Shown one piece after another: positions 61,187-64,000 of a stretch of 64,000 nt of DNA. Every line of letters starts with the position of its first letter. The first letter of the stretch is position 1. Under the pieces are notes generated by a model. It searched no databases. It was not told where the DNA came from and saw only the letters and a list, made by a program, of their open reading frames with translations. Source of the DNA: Gemmatimonadales bacterium (GTDB taxonomy: Bacteria > Gemmatimonadota > Gemmatimonadetes > Gemmatimonadales > GWC2-71-9); NCBI GenBank assembly GCA_035943095.1, contig DASZCN010000037.1:842-64841 (forward strand). The letters run 5' to 3'. A program made the translations under genes and the position numbers.

Positions 61187-61843
61187 GTGCTGTTCGACTT
61201 CGGTGGCACGCTGGACGCTGACGGTGTGTATTGGAGTCCCCGGTTTCACGACGCCTACCGCGCAGCCGGCGGTTCTCTCGACTTCACCACATTCGATCCC
61301 ATCTTCAAGACGACGGACGAGGCGCTCGCGCGGCTACCCGATATTCGCACGCTCGGGTTCCACGCCGCCATCCGGGCGCAGGCGCGCCTGCTCGCGGCAC
61401 GCCTGCCGGATCGGGTGGACCCTGAAATTCTGGCCGAGCGGCTGCACGCCGACGCGGTCGCGATCGTGACCCGCAACCGGCCGGTGCTGGCGCGGCTCGG
61501 GCGGCGCTACCGGCTGGGGATCGTGTCCAACTTCACCGGCAATCTCCAGCCTTGTTTGGAGGAGCTCGACCTGGCGAGATTGTTCACCGTGGTCAGCGAC
61601 TCCACCGTCGTTGGGTGGAGCAAGCCCGACCCCCGCATCTTTGCGCACACGTTGGCCGCGCTCGAGGTGCCGGCCGAACGCGCGTGGATGGTGGGCGACA
61701 ACTTCGAGGCGGACATCCGCGGCGCCGCGAGTCTCGGAATGCGAACCTGCTGGCTCGCGCCCGCCGAGCGGGTGGCTCCCGACGGGCCTGCTCCCACAGC
61801 GCGGATTCATCGTCTTCCGGACGTCGAAAGGGTGCTCGCTTGA
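61187..61843 (+). CDS. HAD-superfamily hydrolase (subfamily IA-like)
   Basis: GTG start. Motif I is LFDFGGTLD, with Gly in place of the second Asp. Motif II is GIVSNFTG. The motif III Lys is in GWSKPDPRIF. Motif IV is VGDNFEADIRGA. Confidence 0.7.
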   Translation: MLFDFGGTLDADGVYWSPRFHDAYRAAGGSLDFTTFDPIFKTTDEALARLPDIRTLGFHAAIRAQARLLAARLPDRVDPEILAERLHADAVAIVTRNRPVLARLGRRYRLGIVSNFTGNLQPCLEELDLARLFTVVSDSTVVGWSKPDPRIFAHTLAALEVPAERAWMVGDNFEADIRGAASLGMRTCWLAPAERVAPDGPAPTARIHRLPDVERVLA

Positions 61844-61844
61844 T

Positions 61845-62555
61845 GTGCACGGACTGATCCTGGCGGGGGGGGAGGGGTCGCGGCTCGCGGCCGGTGGCAT
61901 TCCGGTGCCCAAACCGCTGGTCGAGGTTGCGGGCCGGCCGCAGATCGTAGGGTTGCTCGAGACGTTCGCGGCCCTTGGGTGCCGGAGCCTGACGTGCGCG
62001 GTGCGAGCCGATTTTCCGGACGTCCGGCGGTTGCTTGACGGGCGGCGGTTCGGGCCCCCCCTTACTGTTGTGGACTGCCGCACCCCCTCGTCGCTGCATA
62101 CGCTGGCCGCGGGGCTCGAGGCGGTCCCTGCGGGCCCGGTGTTCTGCAGCATGGTCGATACGGTCATGCGGCCCGCGGATTGGCGAGCGGTGTATCGGGC
62201 CACCGAGCAGTACCTCGGGGAGGGCGCGGACATGGTGCTCGCTGTGACGCCGTACGTGGATGACGAGTCTCCGGTGTACGTGAGCCGGCAGGGGGAGAGC
62301 GACGTCCGTACCGTCTCGGACGAGCCGCTCGAGCCCCGGTGCGTCACGGGTGGCGTCTACGGCCTCAGTGCCGGGATCCGCCGCGCCGCGGGGGAGATGG
62401 TGGCCCGCGGTGGCAACAAGATGCGCGCCTTCCTCAAGGCCCTGGTGGCTGACGGGCGGCGAGTGAGAGCGGTGGAAGTCCCGCGCATCATCGATATCGA
62501 TCGGCCATCGGATCTCCAAGACGCGAACGCGTGGCTCGCCACGCGTCAGGCCTGA
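61845..62555 (+). CDS. Nucleotidyltransferase (sugar-/small-molecule-phosphate NTP-transferase fold)
   Basis: GTG 61845 lies 2 nt after the HAD stop. The N-terminal GLILAGGEGSRL...PKPLVEVAGRPQI is the NTP-transferase signature loop. About 236 aa. Confidence 0.7.
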   Translation: MHGLILAGGEGSRLAAGGIPVPKPLVEVAGRPQIVGLLETFAALGCRSLTCAVRADFPDVRRLLDGRRFGPPLTVVDCRTPSSLHTLAAGLEAVPAGPVFCSMVDTVMRPADWRAVYRATEQYLGEGADMVLAVTPYVDDESPVYVSRQGESDVRTVSDEPLEPRCVTGGVYGLSAGIRRAAGEMVARGGNKMRAFLKALVADGRRVRAVEVPRIIDIDRPSDLQDANAWLATRQA

Positions 62556-62582
62556 ACGTCGGACCCGAGGAGCGACACCGCC

Positions 62583-63428
62583 TTGGCCCAACTGGTCGCG
62601 ATCTACCGCAGCCCGTCATATTCGCCGCAACAGCACCGGGTGAACGACACCGCGATCCTCGACGCCACCGTCGGGCAGCTCGAGGCCCAGGGTTGGCGGG
62701 CGCTCAAGACCAGCGAGCACGAGGTGGAGCAGGGGCGCCTTCCGCCGGCGGAGCTGTACCTCAACATGTGCCAGGGGTCGCTCGCCGCCGAGCAGCTGAT
62801 GCCGCTCGAGTCCGACGGGATCGTTGTGGTGAACCGTCCCTCCAGCGCACTGAATTGCCATCGCTATCGCCTGGTCAAGCGTTTGAGCGACAGCATGCTG
62901 CCGTTTCCGCGGACCTTGATTCACGCGAGCTCCGCGCCGCTTCCGCCCGCCGAGCAGCTGCGCGCCCTGAGTCCCGATCACCAGAAGGTTTGGATCAAGC
63001 GGGGCGACGTGCACGCGGAGCGCCCCGAGGACGTGCTGGCGACGTCGCTCGAGGACGCGGCCGCGGCGCTGCAGGCGTTCACCGGGCGTGGCATCCCCTG
63101 GGTCGCGCTGCAGGAGCACGTCCCCGGTCCCGTGGTGAAGTTTTACGGCGTGACCGACGGTCGCTTCTTCAATTGGTACGGCTCCGACGCGGGATTCGGT
63201 GGTGAGCGGCCCGTCGTGGACGAGAACCGACTCAAGGCCCTCGCGTTCGAGGCCGCCGCCATTCTCGGGCTCGAGGTATTCGGCGGAGACGTGGCCTTCC
63301 CCGAGCCGGACCGCCCGGTCCTGATCGATATCAACGACTGGCCGAGCTTCGCACCGTTCCGCGACGACGCGGCGCGGGCGATCGCCGCCTATATCACCCA
63401 TCGCTTCGCTCACCGGAAACATTCGTGA
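62583..63428 (+). CDS. ATP-grasp-like ligase/kinase (tentative)
   Basis: 281 aa with a TTG start 11 nt after GAGGAG. KVWIKRGDVHAE, VVKFYGV and FGGDVAFPEPDRPVLIDINDWPSF resemble the ATP-grasp central and C-terminal strands. Weak, motif-level only. Confidence 0.4.
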   Translation: MAQLVAIYRSPSYSPQQHRVNDTAILDATVGQLEAQGWRALKTSEHEVEQGRLPPAELYLNMCQGSLAAEQLMPLESDGIVVVNRPSSALNCHRYRLVKRLSDSMLPFPRTLIHASSAPLPPAEQLRALSPDHQKVWIKRGDVHAERPEDVLATSLEDAAAALQAFTGRGIPWVALQEHVPGPVVKFYGVTDGRFFNWYGSDAGFGGERPVVDENRLKALAFEAAAILGLEVFGGDVAFPEPDRPVLIDINDWPSFAPFRDDAARAIAAYITHRFAHRKHS

Positions 63429-64000
63429 CCCATACCCTGCGCCGCGTCCACCTTCCCGGTCCCAAATCCAAGGCCCTCTTCGACGCGGAGGCAATGTTTC
63501 TCGCGCCCGGCACGCAGAGCGTGGCCCTGTTCAGCCAGCTCTCGATCGACCGCGGCGAGGGCGCCGTCCTGTTCGACGTGGATGGCAATCGGTACATCGA
63601 CCTGCTGGCGGGGGTCGGCGTCGCGAGTCTCGGGTACGCGCACCCCAAGTACGTCGCGGCCATGCAGCGGCAGGTCGCCCGGGTGCACGTCGGCAGCTTC
63701 ACCACAGAGCACCGGGCCGCCCTCGTGAAACTGATCGCCGAGCTCACCCCCGGCGATCTCAACCGGAGCCAGTTCTACTCGAGCGGCGCCGAAGCCGTCG
63801 AGGCGGCGCTTCGTCTCGCCAAGTCGCGCACCGGGCATACGGAAATCATCGGCTTCTGGGGTGGGTTCCACGGCAAGACGGGTGGCATCCTGCCGCTCCT
63901 GGGATCGAGCTTCAAGCACGGCTTGGGCCCGCTCATGCCGGGCGCCTACTTGTCGCCCTACGCTTCCTGCGCCCGCTGCGCCTTCGACAAGACGTTTCCC
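63425..64000 (+). CDS. Class-III PLP aminotransferase (GabT/acetylornithine-aminotransferase-like), 5' part; continues beyond window end
   Basis: Not in the ORF track, because there is no stop inside the window. GTG 63425 overlaps the upstream stop (GTGA). My translation is VTHTLRRVHLPGPKSKALFDAEAMFLAPGTQSV...GEGAVLFDVDGNRYIDLLAGVGVASLGYAHPKYVAAMQRQ...FYSSGAEAVEAALRLAKSRTGHTEIIGFWGGFHGKT, a typical class-III N-terminal half. Confidence 0.75.
   Translation, partial: MTHTLRRVHLPGPKSKALFDAEAMFLAPGTQSVALFSQLSIDRGEGAVLFDVDGNRYIDLLAGVGVASLGYAHPKYVAAMQRQVARVHVGSFTTEHRAALVKLIAELTPGDLNRSQFYSSGAEAVEAALRLAKSRTGHTEIIGFWGGFHGKTGGILPLLGSSFKHGLGPLMPGAYLSPYASCARCAFDKTFP

Noticed and set aside
1-64000. Search for tRNA/rRNA genes, transposases, integrases, phage genes, toxin-antitoxin pairs and known defence-system genes
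   Set aside because: None of the ORFs or intergenic regions showed the corresponding hallmarks: no cloverleaf-like segments in gaps, and no DDE/tyrosine-recombinase, Cas, restriction-modification or abortive-infection motifs. The window looks like core or accessory metabolism rather than a mobile island.

Overview
Very GC-rich, densely packed bacterial chromosomal segment with about 55 protein-coding genes on both strands. Many neighbouring genes overlap by 1-20 nt at start/stop (ATGA, GTGA, TGATG). I recognised no rRNA, tRNA, CRISPR array, transposase or integrase. All family calls come from motif recognition by eye; no alignments or searches were run. The GC content fills the six-frame track with long Arg/Pro/Gly-rich antisense ORFs. 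I discarded these wherever the opposite strand carries a gene with clear family motifs. Several longest-ORF starts were trimmed to internal ATG/GTG codons that overlap the upstream stop codon.

Modules in order:
1. 1-7.7 kb: secreted glycan/phosphoester-processing genes (beta-propeller-phosphoesterase fusion, GH38 alpha-mannosidase, esterase, HGSNAT-like membrane acyltransferase).
2. 7.7-16.7 kb: two Dpp/Opp-type ABC permeases, divergent from a family-5 binding protein. That binding protein is translationally coupled to a GHMP kinase, a heparinase II/III-like protein, a SpoU/TrmH methyltransferase and a class-III aminotransferase.
3. 16.7-24.5 kb: HAMP histidine kinase plus NtrC-type sigma-54 activator, then a sigma-54-like -24/-12 element, an unannotated 24-codon pqqA, a hairpin, pqqBCDE and a translationally coupled ABC-2 exporter.
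4. 25.4-31.4 kb: six-gene overlapping operon (two PF04909-type amidohydrolases, DapA-like lyase, FAD oxidoreductase with a Tat-like leader, DHOD-like flavoprotein, OSBS/NSAR-type enolase-superfamily racemase).
5. A 1023-aa BNR/sortilin-like protein.
6. 35.0-43.1 kb: Alternative Complex III actABCDEF followed by two tandem lipoprotein cupredoxins with poly-Gly tethers.
7. VIT-vWA / ECF sigma / anti-sigma operon.
8. A cupin, then a rhodanese-MBL (persulfide-dioxygenase-like) gene divergent from a third cupredoxin across a perfect TGTGA-N6-TCACA palindrome.
9. 49.4-61.2 kb: two paralogous Ser/Thr kinase + BTAD/AAA (AfsK/AfsR-like) pairs, each followed by an uncharacterised secreted protein. One of these looks like a PHM/DBH-type copper monooxygenase with a Met/His tail.
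10. HAD / nucleotidyltransferase / ATP-grasp / aminotransferase cassette running off the window end.

The gene content (ACIII, many kinase/BTAD regulators, BNR proteins, very high GC) would fit a Gemmatimonadota-like soil bacterium, but that is inference only.

Best candidates for something not yet described:
- the duplicated kinase-regulator-secreted-protein modules, including the copper-monooxygenase-like protein;
- the pqq operon with its sigma-54 control region and coupled ABC-2 exporter;
- the ACIII-plus-tethered-cupredoxin arrangement.
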